Notes under the pieces: generated by a model | Told to the model about the DNA's origin: nothing | The model's database searches: none | What the model saw: only the letters and a program-made list of their open reading frames with translations | From: Phoronis australis | Taxonomy: Eukaryota > Animalia > Phoronida | Reading direction: 5' to 3' | Assembly (NCBI GenBank): GCA_002633005.1 | Contig: NMRA01000845.1 | Coordinates: 58,636-122,635 of the forward strand | DNA length: 64,000 nucleotides | Part shown: positions 13,142 through 26,767 of the stretch, in pieces | How positions within the stretch are numbered: the stretch's first letter is position 1 | Layout of the letters: each line of letters opens with the position of its first letter | Position numbers and translations under genes: made by a program

Positions 13142-16100
13142 ACTTCGATGTTGATGAGTTTGTTAGACTGAAGATGGGGCTGCATCACCAACACACAGTT
13201 TTCTAAAATCCGAGCGAAAAATGTATAATTCGGAAAACTTCGATTGCAATCTGTGAAGCCACATGAAACCCCATCTGTTGTTTGTGATGCGAGTTATCAA
13301 TCATAACTTCACTGTTGAAAGAATGGAGTTCACCGAAAATATTTATTGTAATTTGTAATTGTCAATTTTGAGTTGATTATCGCTGCATGATTTCGCTTTA
13401 TATACAGAAATGAAATATAAATTAAACATCTGAATTGCCTTCAGAATGTTTTTCTTGTCCAAAATGCAAAAAAATAAATAAATTAGGTGTTATGAAAAGT
13501 TTAGAAATTACTCAACATCGTCTGTAAATGATTTACTATTTAAATTATTCGTCAACTAACTTAAATGTATTTCTTAATACATGTAACCAAGGAACTACTT
13601 GTAAACGTGAAATGGACATTCTTCATGAAATTCAGGTACTACCCAAACACTTCAGGCATCTTGGTGGCACTTACACGTACACTAAACTTTTAAATCTGGA
13701 GCGTTTAGGAGGCCGTAGCACGCTGTCTTTTGATGCATTGTGATCGCATGCGATTGTGGCTTTTAGGATGAAAACTGTATTGTGCTCGTTTGTTTTGAAG
13801 TACCCAGTTAGCTGCTTTGAAGACGAAAAAAACCAAAAATGATTTATGTGCAAAGTTTGTGAATTCTCTTTCTGTCAGTAATCGAAAAGTGTCTCTTTTT
13901 CATTCCGCATGTGCGATGGCAAATTTATAAGTAGCGAAATATATAGAAGACAAGCTTTTGCAAGAAGTTTCATTTGCAACGGAAATCATATGTTAAGATA
14001 AATTGGAGGTAACCCTGTCTACGTTCAAACCATTAGACGTATCGTTGCTCCCTGACGTTTTTTAAGACTCACTCTTAAAAATATTCCCAGTCACACCGAC
14101 CCGTTCATTTCTATCAAATTCGCTTTAAATTGTCAAATGTGTACACTTCAAAATGATTAATACCTCTCTTACCCACTTTCTAATTTCCTGATATTTTACG
14201 TGCCAGAATTGAAAACAGACTTAATCACAAGATCCTTTCTGCCTCAAGTTGCAAAACATGACGTCCAGAGCATAGGAATGAGGAATGTTTCAAGTACAAT
14301 GTACCAGCCAGTCAAAGTGGCCAAAAGGATCATTGGCCTCAAAAAATGTAAAACTTGTCAATAGTGAACGACCACAACAGAGGTATGGAATTTAATGGTC
14401 GATGTATGTGTCAGCGGTTTTGGCGAGAAATTTATTGTAGAAGCTTGTCTTTTGTGTTGATCACGTAATACGGAAATTATTGTTGTGTAGGGTTTGCTTG
14501 ACAATTTTGTTTTTCTAGCCAAATGTCCACAAAGCATCAGATTCGAAATCAGTAAAATTATATACATGTATCCTTTAAAGTAGAAAGTCTGTAGAACTTG
14601 GCCTTTACTGTTTGTTAATCTGGCATCAGTTGGCTAACATGTACAGTTAGTAAAAGTTTGAATGAAGAATGATGAATTGGTAGCAAAACAAAAAATTCAG
14701 TAACATGTTAAATATGAGATCGTTTAAGAGTTTTTAAAGAAACTTGTTTACAGTTTTCTAAAATATCATTTTGTTTACATGAAAATACAGTGCAACAAGC
14801 ATAATATTTGAAAATTTCACATGTACATGTATAACCGTGTGTTCACATTCTCTGCTTGTATGCCCTTCTTCCCTCTGCCACATGTATTTCAATGTTAATT
14901 TCGCTACCTATATGCTCATTCCATTTATTGCCTGATGGTGAGAGATAAAGTCTTGAAATATAGCCTGTGTTTTAACTTGTTTGTTTGTTGTGTCTCGGTG
15001 TTTTGCTATACAACTGCAAAATGAAGAAAGGAGATTGCTTGGACACAACAAAAAACTCAGTGCCAAGCTGTCAAACAAAAATTTAGTCGTGTTTTTGTTT
15101 CGAAATTAGCCATATTTGGATATCTTTCTAGGGTTCTACCTAACTCCATTGGCGAATATTCTATTAAATGCGCTCCATCTAATCACAAAGACCATTAATG
15201 TATAAGATAAGCGACGTCGGAATTAGCTTTATTAAACAAAGCTAAAGCATATTAAGGTGGGAAACTAATCGATGAGGGTTCACTGAACTTCATTAACTTG
15301 TCAGCACTTAGACGATCAAGTCTTGTTTTTTGGTCAGTCTTCAAACTTTTTCCCCCGCCTCCTACCTTCCCGTTTCATAGTATTTTATTCTGGGAATGCT
15401 TTACGCCACCTCTTCATGGTTTATATTAGTGTCTCCATTTCGTGCATGTTTATGGCGGTTTTTGTGGCCCATCTTGATGTTAGAAAAAATAGTTTTATAT
15501 ACGTATTTGCTATAAATGTTGTACTCTATTACTTTTTCTCACATTACCTAGACTGTGTTACGACACGACTGGTTAATAACAGCGAGTACGTAATTTTGTA
15601 TAATACTTGGGCGAATCATAAATCATGAAACATAAATAATTCTTACCATTCCACAAGCGAACGGTATTCAGGGCAAGTGCAAACCTACATGTATGTCTTG
15701 TGTCTCGGAAGGCAGCCCTGTTCGCGGACTTGGCTGACATTGATCTGAGCAGGTGCTTTTAGTCGGTGAGCGCTGGTCTCAAAATGAGTCGGGGAAGAAA
15801 ACAGAACCATGTTTGCTTTTGGGCCTCTATTGTCGGAGGAGAAACATTAATTTGATTTGTTGAGTTGTCTTGTGGTGAGATATTAATTTGCTAAAACGAT
15901 ATTATACCCTGAAGGGCTGCCGAGACCGCTCATCAAATCACAAGCATTATATTTAATCTCTTTCAATCAAAAGATCATGTCACACTCAACGTTATACTTA
16001 CGCCTTTGGTACATGTACAACGTGTTTCCTAAATACGTATTATAGTTATTATTACACGTATTATTATCATTGATGCTTATCGAAAACCGTCGACATTTAC

Positions 16101-16699
16101 TAACAAGAATAATTAAGATTTCTAGCACTCGGATATTAATATCGGCAGACTTCGGTCTCCCACAGACTTTAATCGTGAAAACGTTATCAACAGCCACAGC
16201 ACTGAACAGGAGGAGAGATCAGCTTCAACCCAGCTGCATTTGTAAGTAAAACTTATAAGGAACTTCAAACTTTTCAATTGTTGATCTGCTTACTTCACAC
16301 CCCCACCTTTACATGCACGTGTATATTTAGTTTCCTGCGAGCACGGTCGGAAAGTCAGATGATATAAATTATATCTACATCACAGCAACAAACAAAATAT
16401 GGCAAAATAGAAATTCCTGAAGGCTGGTGAATTTTGCAAAATAGTAAATATGAAGCAGATATCGTACCCACAGGTTTTAGTAGCCTACTTAAATTGATTT
16501 TTTTTAATTTGAGTCACTTTTACGTTTTCAAAACCTGCGCGGTTTGAAAGTGCACTGAGAACGGCGAATTTTTCAGATACAAAAATCTTTAAATATTTTC
16601 GACATCATCGAAGAATTTGGCAAATTTTGTTGATTAAGATGTTAATTGATTTTAGTTTTTTCTTTAGTTTCTCTGACGAATGTTGCAACGTTATATTTT

Positions 16700-19320
16700 T
16701 AAAGCGTCGAATGTTTTTTTCAGTGTTTGAATGTTTATCCTCCTCTACGAAACAACATTATAAAAAACGAGTGATGAAACTTACAGCAATACAGCATAGA
16801 AATTATTCTGAGTAACCAAAGTAACCAAGAGATACTGTAACCACTTGACTGTAATTCAAAAAGGTTAACGAAAGGTTGAAAGCTGATGTCTTTTTGTACT
16901 TTTGTACAATTTCTGTGAAAATATATATTTTGGCCAGTATGATCAGTAAGCTAACATCAAATTTTTCCATCACAGTATTTTTCAAGACTCCAAACAAAGC
17001 AGTTACTTCGGCTACAGGCAGATCTACACAAGTTTGTTTTAGCCATTCGATGAACAGGAGCCAAAACGAGATACAAGACGACTTTCCCAAAACAAATGAA
17101 GAATGATTTCACTTTGAACATGTCATCTGCTTTTATTTAGATTTTTTTACAAGAAGTTATTAGATCGCAATGTAGGCGGTATTGAAACCAACACAATTTC
17201 GCGTCTTTTGTACGGATTCTTTTAAAATCGCGTGGACCCCCACACCACTCGACCTCTGGCTACGACCCCATCGACCCACGGCACACAAACACCTCGGCTC
17301 AGTCTTCACAAGCTCGACTCGATCTGAACTTAGAACAACCGCTTACTTGCAGGACCAACGAGTTGTGTCGTGAGCTCGGGTGGCTTTTCCCTGCTTTTCT
17401 GCAATTAAGAGAGTCGATTAGGCCATTTGGAGAGCCAAAAATCAGAAAAAGACAACGCAACCAAATAAAATCAAAGAATTACACCAACGTTACAAATGTC
17501 GTTCCAGGCAAATTGTTAACGTCTCGTCTGCTTTTTAGTGAATGGCAGATTCAACATATTTTTGGGAGAGTGCGAGGAACCATTGAATACGTAATTTCTT
17601 CAGTAAGTACAATTTGAAAAAAACAAACTGTTAACCAAAAAGTATCCCAACGTTACATGGATTATATTGTAAACGAGTATACAATAGAATGCAAATAATA
17701 AAATTGTGGAATTATTTACATTTACTGTAATGTAGTGTACTCTCTCACTAAGTTTAGCAGAACAGGGCCGTTGGTGGCCGCTCGTGTAACTATTTCCGTG
17801 AAAACGTTAGCCTGCTCACAATTCACTATTTCAGATATGTTCCTACGCCACTTACTGTTTTTAACCACCAGACTTGAGCCAGAGCAGATTTGCATCATAT
17901 AGGTAAGTCTCGTGGGAAAGTCATTTAGCTACGTAATATGATGACGTAAAAAGCGCAAAGATACATCTATTGCCTCAGGACGTGGGTCGAGAGAGTTGAG
18001 GGGCGTGGGTCGAGGGGGCCCTGGGTGTTGGGTCGAGATGGTCACGGGTCGTGGGGTGTGGGGGATCGAGCGGTTTGAAAGGGTTTTAGAACAACCCCTT
18101 CTGTACAATTGAAAGGGAGTTGATTTACTACCCTCCAGCATGTGCCAGGGTCATTGGAATTAACATTGTTCAAAACGAAATCATATTTACATCAGATACT
18201 CATCTGTTTCTGTATTTACAAGCTGTCTGAAGTGACTGTACTAAGGTGTCGTAAATATTTTCAGCTTGGGATTTGTTATGTAAAATTTTGGAAGGTTTGT
18301 TAAGGAAATGTCGTTTTTTTCTGTTCCTAAGACGACTATACAATGCGAAGGATGCACTTCTTCATCCGTAAAGTTCTAATATTGGGGGTTGGAAGCCATA
18401 ACTGTTACAAAACTCTTCGTAAGACATTAAAGTAGACTTCAATATTAAACAAATCACATGTACGATAAACACCTTTTAATACCAGGTCTTATAGAAAAAA
18501 GGATTTTTTATCAACACAGGGAGTGTAAATAATATTTATCGCTTTTGTCGCACATTTGAAACTGGAACGTGACATCGTGAAAACTTTCCTTCTAGAACAA
18601 ACTGTCAGTTCCGTCCGTTATATTCAAGAAAAACATCTCCCAGTTTGAAAAAACTTATCAACTCTACAACTAAGAACAGCTTCTTTGAGTTCACGAATGG
18701 CATTAGAGGTGAGTAGCCTACCAAACCAAGAAATTTTAATAAAAATCGAACATGAACCATTTTCAAAGCACCGTTGTCCTGACTTTGTACAGTTTCGTTT
18801 CGGCTAACCTAGTCATTTTTCCCAGTCCACGTGAAATCAGAAAAAAATTCTCTCCAATTCTTGAATTATGTCAGCTTAAGGACTAGGCCGGGATTGTATT
18901 AGATGGACTAATTTAGGCAATAAAATTGTCTTAACCTGGGTGAGTTATTTTACGTAATACAGTAAGGATTCTTCTTGACCAACAGCTCATTATTTTTTTC
19001 TAGAAGCCTACTTGTAAAGTTAATATCGGGCATAATACTGTAATTAGTGGAGAGACAAATCTCCAAAAACATGAATGTTTTTTTTTTCATTAACGCAGAA
19101 TTTTCATCGCAGTCCTTTTTAACCAAAGCAAACACTTTTTCGTTTTCTCAATATTTAACTTCAAACCAGAAAATTGATCAATTAAATATAAAGATGATTT
19201 CAAAGACACTTCAGAGCCGTCCAAAATTAAACAAGTGTCGTCGACTTTTTGAAATATCAAAATTGACGCCAGTGATGACACCATCCTGTCCAACCTAAAA
19301 TTTCTAAACACAATACAAAC
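16700..19320 (-). mobile_element. Decayed L1/Tx1-like LINE ORF2 (RT and C-terminal region), split by a MITE
   Basis: VDDTCLILDGSEVSLKSSL..IDQFSGLKLNIEKTK (FADD region); DKKSFFYKTWY*KGV; C-terminal FW...W...LFG...LLIILAKIYIF; many stops and frameshifts. Confidence 0.8.
17174..18099. mobile_element. MITE with GC-rich imperfect terminal inverted repeats inserted in the LINE
   Basis: Left arm ...cccccacaccactcgacc...cgacccacg versus right arm cgtgggtcgag...ggtgtggggg...aacaacccct. Confidence 0.6.
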
Positions 19321-19636
19321 AGGTGAGAAGAAATGAGGTTACCTTTACGGCAACCTCTTACAATTTCAAACAATTCTGAAAAAAATCCTTGTTTGATACC
19401 ACAAAGACTGGAATTGTTATAGGGTTCTTACTGTGCTTATTAATCTTGAGCAGAAATTAAAAGTACTACAAATGACTAGTAACAAATAATTTTTGAAATA
19501 GCTGTTGCCCAATTTAAGAAATGGTTTATTAACATGACGCAACTTCACCATCATAATTTTATTCATGCATACTGATCGACATCGATCAAGTCGTAGATAT
19601 CAACTCGTTTCCAATTTTTGTAGAGACGTCTCCACC

Positions 19637-20797
19637 ATGGCCGACGAAAGTGGATCAGGCAATCCCCTGCGCATATTCCATAGGAATTCGGCGAACACTA
19701 CGTCAAACTCGATGGTCCCAGTGAATTATCTCGCTGGGGTTGACCCGTTCCTCTATGGCTACCTATTCCCGTCTGTAGGCGCTGTCACCAGTTTGACAAA
19801 TATGATATTTCTCTTCGTTCTGTCCAAGAATGTTACCCCAAGCAATTTGATGCTGAGCGCGATTTCATTGTTTGATTGGGCCTCTTGCGTAGTTAGTCAA
19901 TCAATGTTTGTTGTCCTGTACACTTTAAACAACGTTGACTGGGTGCCGTACGAATGGTGTTTACCTTTCAAGCTAACACTACTGCACGTTCCGTCAGCTT
20001 TGCACATAGCTGCGTTGTGGACTACAATTTTTATGGCAACTCTAAGATGTTTTGTCGTTCGCAAACCTTTTCAAAATCATCTGGTAACCAAAAAGCTCAC
20101 AATGGGGTTGATTTTTGCTGCATTTCTAACAGGATTCTTTGTTAATTGTTCTCGTTTCTTTGACTCCCATTTTGAGCCTCTGACCGTCCGCTCAAGGAAA
20201 AACTCATCAGTGTTAGTAACTGGGTGCACTGAAGAAATCGAACCGTGGATTAGCAATCCTTCCACCTATCTCTCTACTTACTTTATAATAAAAAGCCTTT
20301 TCCAGAATTTTATACCAGTTATAACGTTGTTCACTTTAAATGTTTTTCTAATTCGTGAGATTCGCCTCGAAAAACGACCCCGGGGTGACAACAACGGAGG
20401 TCTTTCGGTGTGGAGCAGTCAACAGAGGTCGCGGAGATCTTCTAGCCGCCGCACCACAATCATGCTAGTTTTTATAGTGGCCTCCACCTTCTGCATCGAG
20501 ATTCCCGTCGGCGCATTGACAGCTGTCCAGATCGTCACATTGGATAAGCCACCTTATCTGAGAATGTACATGTACATATTTGGCATGTTATCGTTGCTGA
20601 ATTCTCCGATAAATTTTGTCATATACTGCTGCACTGGCTCCAACTTCAGATCAATATTTTGCGACATATTTTGCCCCTGTCTGAACACAAGCTCGACCCC
20701 TTCTGTGAAGCCGTGGAAAGAGCCCAATCCAAATCAGACAGCGAGAAGCCACAACCAAACGGTCTCGACCAGTCAAGAAGAAAGCATACACATATAA
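19637..20797 (+). CDS. Class A (rhodopsin-like) GPCR, sex-peptide/MIP-receptor-like peptide or chemoreceptor type, uninterrupted CDS, 386 aa
   Basis: Seven hydrophobic segments; N-terminal N-glycosylation sequons; TPSN..L....FD (TM2), WVPYEWC (ECL1), HIAALWTT...LRC..V..P (TM3), IPV..L..LN..LI (TM5), RTT.ML...EIP (TM6), NSPINFVIYC (TM7). ATG 19637 has Kozak ccaccATGg right after acceptor ttttgtag; the ORF is also open from 19565. Confidence 0.93.
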   Translation: MADESGSGNPLRIFHRNSANTTSNSMVPVNYLAGVDPFLYGYLFPSVGAVTSLTNMIFLFVLSKNVTPSNLMLSAISLFDWASCVVSQSMFVVLYTLNNVDWVPYEWCLPFKLTLLHVPSALHIAALWTTIFMATLRCFVVRKPFQNHLVTKKLTMGLIFAAFLTGFFVNCSRFFDSHFEPLTVRSRKNSSVLVTGCTEEIEPWISNPSTYLSTYFIIKSLFQNFIPVITLFTLNVFLIREIRLEKRPRGDNNGGLSVWSSQQRSRRSSSRRTTIMLVFIVASTFCIEIPVGALTAVQIVTLDKPPYLRMYMYIFGMLSLLNSPINFVIYCCTGSNFRSIFCDIFCPCLNTSSTPSVKPWKEPNPNQTARSHNQTVSTSQEESIHI

Positions 20798-21109
20798 CTA
20801 GAGTCTGAAATTTTGAAGAAAAGACAAGCGATGGTGAACATTCTCTCAGGAAAAGATCATACAGTTTTGAAGATTATTTTTTATCTTAACAAACTTGTCG
20901 GTTTAACAGCCGATAAATGTATTTTGGGGCTTTTTTGAAGTTTTTAGCTTTGACCAGAGTTATGAAACAACAAAGCCCGTTGTGTGTTTGTGATTTTATT
21001 ACAAATTGCAATTCTCGTCGTTGTCTGCCAGACATGCGCAGAAATCAAGGTGGCGTTACCAGTTAAGTACGCTTACATTAATGTGACTTTTTCGAGTTTG
21101 GTCTAACTT

Positions 21110-21180
21110 CGCCAGCAGGGCGTTATGTTACGACCGAGAGGTTCCAGTTTCGAATCCGCCGGTAATGCCTTTATAACGCC
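21110..21180 (+). mobile_element. Possible tRNA-derived SINE head remnant
   Basis: gaccgagaggttccagtttcgaatcc resembles a B-box/T-arm. Confidence 0.3.
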
Positions 21181-21699
21181 ACCGTAGCCTTTTGCAGATG
21201 TAATATGCTAAAACAATTGCATTCTCAGAGGCTATAAGGTCGCGTTCCGTCCACGAAGCAAACTTTTGATTTAGAACCTTAAGGGCTATAAACTTGGTTT
21301 CAACTTGTTACTTGCTGTTGATGGGGCTTCAAGAGCTGCAGAACTTATACACTGTCGTGCATTCATTCAAGCGATGCCAAAAGTACGTCCGGTCTTACTT
21401 ATGGAGTAGTGCAAAGTTACATATGTACCATTTGTCGAGTCTACATCTTGGATTTTACGATACAAACTCCCGCTACATTTAATTGGCGTTTCTATATAAT
21501 TATTGTGAAGCGCATTTATTGCTGTGTAATAGAATTAAGTATGATACAATGCATTGTACCCCCAAGCTAACCTTATCCAATGTAATGTACCTACATGTAG
21601 CCTACAGGCTTATAGACTAGTGCCAAAAAGTTGACTCTGCAATGTTGTTTACTGCAAAGTTTTCTTTTAGACATGTACAATGTATAATATGTGGTTCAT

Positions 21700-23902
21700 A
21701 GAACAAAATGAACTTGGCAGTACTTGGTGCAACCATGAGCACTTCATATAATTCACGCCATCTGGAATTTCAACCAACTTTCATCTTCTCAACATGATGG
21801 TTTGTAGGATCCAGTAATGTATCGCTTCATGTATGAACCAGAGCATGCATACGTCAGTATTGTCACTGTGGATTCTGATGGTGTGAAAGACTTCTTTCAC
21901 CGCTTGCAACATTTACCTAAACAATGTGGCGTCAACTTCAGCATATGTAGCTACACAGTGGCTCCTAACCCGCTCGAATTTGTGCAGAAGGGTATGGCTG
22001 CATACACACAGAAGGTTGTTGAACATAACGTTGTTTAGATTAGTTCCTCGGTAAGGGTTGAGGTTAGCAGGGCTTCTTTAACTTTTCCTCGTCTTATCCT
22101 CTCATGGTCCTTTGTGTAGGGATCTTTGTGGTCGTCACTTTGAGGCAAGCAGGAGGATAGGGGACCAGTCACGTGCTGAGGCTTGCAGAAAAAGCTCCTG
22201 TAGTTGCGGAGACAGTCCAGACGAGCTGGCACCGAAGCTTGCCAACATCAGTCAACACCACGTCTGGAGCACAATGACAGAGAAACGGAGAAATTTGACC
22301 AAAATGACTTTGTCACCCTTCCTTAGGCTGCCGTAGTCGTCAATCAAGACCATAGGGACTCGACTTCACAAACTCATGCTTAAAGACATCACATACAATG
22401 TTACGTTACTGTCCTGTGATTAACAGGCAACTGAAAAGCGTCTCAACACCATACATTGACTTTCCCTTGACAGGGACAGTCTTGTTTAGCAACTCCGTTG
22501 TTTTGACTTTTTCTTAGTTGCTAATAACATTCACTTCTTATCTAAACTAAACTAGACTGCTCAGCTCCTTCACAGCGACCAGTTCGTTCTGAGCAATTAC
22601 GATGGAAGGAACTACCCAGCCATTGCTGATGTTGCGGAGACATGGCTGCTGGTCAGTGAATGGATGTCTGTGCTTTTCTAGCTCCTCTGCGATCTCTCTT
22701 TATTTGCCCTCGTACAGTTTCATTCTCTCCTCTCCATCCTTGTTGTGATTAGTATTTCCCAATCTACTCCACAATGTGCCTTCTGCTCTTCACCATCTTC
22801 ATTCTACATTTGCTCCATGGCGGTATCAAGGTGGGCATATCCACCAAAACGATTTACTCACATGGTCCCTTGCTCGGCTCTTGTTTAGATGCCGTTTATA
22901 TCCCCATAATCTTTTACTCGTTTGATATATGTTTGTTCTTCGAACTGATCAGCTGGTACTGCAGTCTTGTCATCCGAGTGTCGACAAACGTGTTCACCTT
23001 TGAGTAGGTCTTTCTTGATATTCTCGGGAAGGTGCTCTGAACACAGTACATTTCAAAATAAACTTCAACAGAACTCTGCCAAATTGTTAAACTTTCAAAC
23101 GCCTTGCCAGAATTGTTTGGCACTGTAGTCGAACCTTTATCGCAATAAAATGACGTGTTTTAGGCAACGTACACAATTTTGGTGACATGCTGCGAAGAAA
23201 TATGTCAACATCTCCTTAAAGGGTTGTAGAAGGAAGAAGGAAGAAACATGAGAGACAGCAGTGTTGACTAAAGAAAGAACCTACCCGTACCTTACCGTCG
23301 GGTGGTTGTTAACCATCTCCTGACTGTTTGCCTGCGCAAAGACTAGGTCCAAGCCTTTCTGTTGGCTATACTGGAGACTCCAGGAAATGTAAATGTAATG
23401 AGCCCTCCCACGCCAAATGCTTCCTTCAGTGGGGATACAACCCAAGAAATTTATGAACAGAGTATTTGACACACTATTGTCTTCTTCCAAAATCAGTGTC
23501 TTATAAAATATATTTAAGTGCTTAGTGAAGAAAATGAAATGCAAGTGACATGAAAAAGTGAATATCATAAGGATGTTAGGCAATTTTAATCTTTTACCTG
23601 CTGTTTGGACTTGATAATGACTCTACATCAATACAATAACATCGGATATGGACTCCGCATCACAGAAAATGGTATAAACGTTGTATTGAATGACCCTGTA
23701 AGTCAATCAAGTTGAATAAACAATGTGGTCCGAAATTCAAAATGGCGGCATCCGCCATCGTGAATTGCAAAAACTGCTGAAGGTTGCACAAAGTGCAAAC
23801 CAAGCTAATTTTGTTCTCCTGATCATAGTTAATATACTTCAACAACAGTTGTCAATATTTTAGGACTCCCTATGGGGGGCGATAGTGCCCGCAACTAGGC
23901 TA
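21700..23902 (-). mobile_element. Degenerate Academ (XPG/PIN-type) DNA transposon
   Basis: Minus-strand fragments FKEMLTYFFAACHQN, GEHVCRH...ADQFEEQTYIK, VFKHE...LIDDYGSLRKGDK, TKDHERIRR, HAEVDATL...IRIHSDNTDV; putative terminus ...gcaactaggcta at 23902. Confidence 0.72.
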
Positions 23903-24766
23903 TTATATAATGTAGAATAGTTTAACGTGATGTAATGTAACGCACGTGTGCCTTTTATTGCACGAACGGCTCTTACAATCGTTGTTTTGAATGTCAGGAT
24001 ATGTTTTATTAGGAAGTAGTAGTCACTTATTAAAAGCGGTTTTACACCCGGCTTCCATGACAAAAAACAAACTTTGATTTACACTTCTTACCAGTTATGA
24101 AATTTGTCCTCTATCGACTTCAGGCTATCGAAATAAATGATAGTAAGATATTGTCATGACATGTCATTTTATACGCAGAGCATGGTTTCAAGGAGCTGTT
24201 AGGTCTTAACAAACTCGAATATCATTTCTGATCTGACTAAGGAGCAAGTTGAGGCCACTTTCATAACGGTAAATAGTCTAAATCAAAGTTTGCTTCTTCG
24301 ACGGAACGTGATTTTGTAAGAGCTTTGCTCTGCAGTGCGAAGAAGTTAGAGATTGCCATTGTTGACTACAACGTTCGAATTTTGACACCAAATGCAATCA
24401 GTTATGCAACTCCTGAGCAGTGGATGTATCGTAAATTGATGCCACAAAGAGGAGAATTGTTTCTACGGTTTCTGCAGTGGAAATTATGCTCGATTTCAAA
24501 ATTGGATGAAATAGTTGAAAGAGTGCTCGTCCTGAAGAGCACATACGAAGGTTGTAGGAGAGTTAACAGTGTAGAGTTTCAAAAATGCATTCTTCGTTTT
24601 GTCTCAGACTCTACAACTGGAATTATTTGTGGTGTTTTAGAACTGCTGTGCTCTACAAAAAAAAACGTCGAGATTTCTGGAATTACACAAGTTAGCGGTG
24701 AAACTATTTTCTTGTATTCATATGTCATGGTATTGTTCTTAAAATTTCGGGACACGCTATATATAC

Positions 24767-24772
24767 AGTGTA

Positions 24773-24816
<44 letters not shown>

Positions 24817-24915
24817 TGTGTATGTGTGTGTGTGTGTGTGTGTGAGTGGGTGTATGTGTGAATGTGTGTATCCACGTGCGCGTGTAGGTACATACATGTG
24901 CTTGCGTGCACATGC
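24767..24915. repeat. (TG)n microsatellite
   Basis: Long TG dinucleotide run with degenerate flanks. Confidence 0.97.
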
Positions 24916-26085
24916 ATATGCGTGCATGCGTGTGATTTATTGGCTTTCAATATCTCCGGGATTAATCGACCAAAAACAAAGTAAGTTGGCAGAATTATCT
25001 TTAATCTATGTTCGTCAAGAATGTGAAAAACGTAGATATCACTAAGAATTATGGAGAATGTCGTATTGTTTTGCTGTTTTATTTCGTGTAGGCTTTACAG
25101 ATCCGTTGCTTATTGGTCATCGTATGCTTCAATTAAATTAAATGTTGTGATCAAATGACTATGACTTTATTGATAGGCACGTTTTGTACATGTACATGTA
25201 CATTGCTTGGGTGTTCGTTTACTTGCTTATTTAATGTTATTTTCGTTTCATTGGACGAGAGTGCACCAAAGTTTGCTAGAGAAAATTACGTAGGATGTCA
25301 ATTCGAAATCTGCTGTGAAATTTCGTTTTTCGTTCCTTAAGCTTCACACACTTTGTTCTTGCTGATCCCTTAAATAGGAATTAATACAACAAGCACAGGA
25401 CACAGTCACATCTCCCCAAATACAATAAAACAAGGCGTATATGAGCTTAGTAAACATATGACATTTTTTATAAATCCATCTCTGGACTCTGGAACAGTCC
25501 TGGCCAATTTGAAATTGCCAAATTTGCGTTCATGTATAAAACAGAACGATCGTAACAGCGCGTTGCTCTCTTGTTTCAGATTACAGGCCAGTTCCACTAT
25601 GTTCTCTAAAGTTCACGCTTCTAAAAATCCTACATGTGCTTTACAATGCGACAGTATGAGGACTTGCGTAAATCTTTGCGTAACTAGCCAAATTAAGCGA
25701 TGAAGTTCCCCATCTAAGTAAAATGGTGACTTTTTTTGAATACATGTACTTCCTCGCCTGCAATTCCCTAGTCAAATATTTTTAATTGGTGCAATTTTAC
25801 GACATGACTTTTCAGCTACAGGAAGAACTTGTCGAGAGAAATGGGTACAACTGAGACAACACTTTCAGGAAGTCATTTTGCCGATGGTTAAAAATATACA
25901 ATAACACGGTTTGTTCCACCATCTTGAATATATAATTGCATTGTAGATAGAGTAAACAATCCAATTCACACGCGTTTCCCATGTAAGTGGACGGGGGAGT
26001 AAAAGGTGTTTAAACATGTTAAACAGATTTTCAAAACCTCGCTACATGTATAATGCCATTCCCAAAGTAGTCAGCATTGCTTCAT

Positions 26086-26767
26086 TCTCATTTTTCTTCC
26101 TGAGAATCATAGCATGCTCCCATTTGGAGTGCATTTAAAATACCGATGACTTTAATGTTGATCCGGCAATTTCCAAGGCCAGCCACGTTTTCACAAATTC
26201 CATCCCATTTCAATACTCATATTGTTAGTTGAACTTCGTTAAAAAATACAGTATTGCAATTAAAGCCAATACGATTGCAATTTCCTGCTGTCGCCAATCA
26301 CCCCAGCATTGGCTGACAAGCAAAGATGAGATATATGTACACCTATTTGTCCAAAAATCCCTCAATATACACGAATTGATGGCACACAATCATTATCAAG
26401 TGCTGTTTTAGACATCAACGCGCTANTCTCATTTTTCTTCCTGAGAATCATAGCATGCTCCCATTTGGAGTGCATTTAAAATACCGATGACTTTAGTGTT
26501 GATCCGGTAATTTCCAAGGCCAGCCACGTTTTCACAAATTCCATCCCATTTCAATACTCATATTGTTAGTTGAACTTCGTTAAAAAAATACAGTACTGCA
26601 ATTAAAGCCAATACGATTGCAATTTCCTGCTGTCGCCAATCACCCCAGCATTGGCTGACAAGCAAAGATGAGATATATGTACACCTATTTGTCCAAAAAT
26701 CCCTCAATATACACGAATTGATGGCACACAATCATTATCAAGTGCTGTTTTAGACATCAACGCGCTA
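26086..26767. repeat. ~340 bp tandem duplication (26086-26425 / 26427-26767) joined by a single N; probable assembly overlap
   Basis: Near-identical copies on either side of N at 26426. Confidence 0.92.

Noticed and set aside
19565-19636. Upstream ATG as GPCR start
   Set aside because: A pyrimidine-rich acceptor ends at 19623 and ATG 19637 has a strong Kozak context, so the extension is probably intronic; not proven.
24325-25045. ORFs of up to 178 aa with CVCV/HTHT runs
   Set aside because: Extended by the (TG)n microsatellite; no recognisable domain or splice structure.
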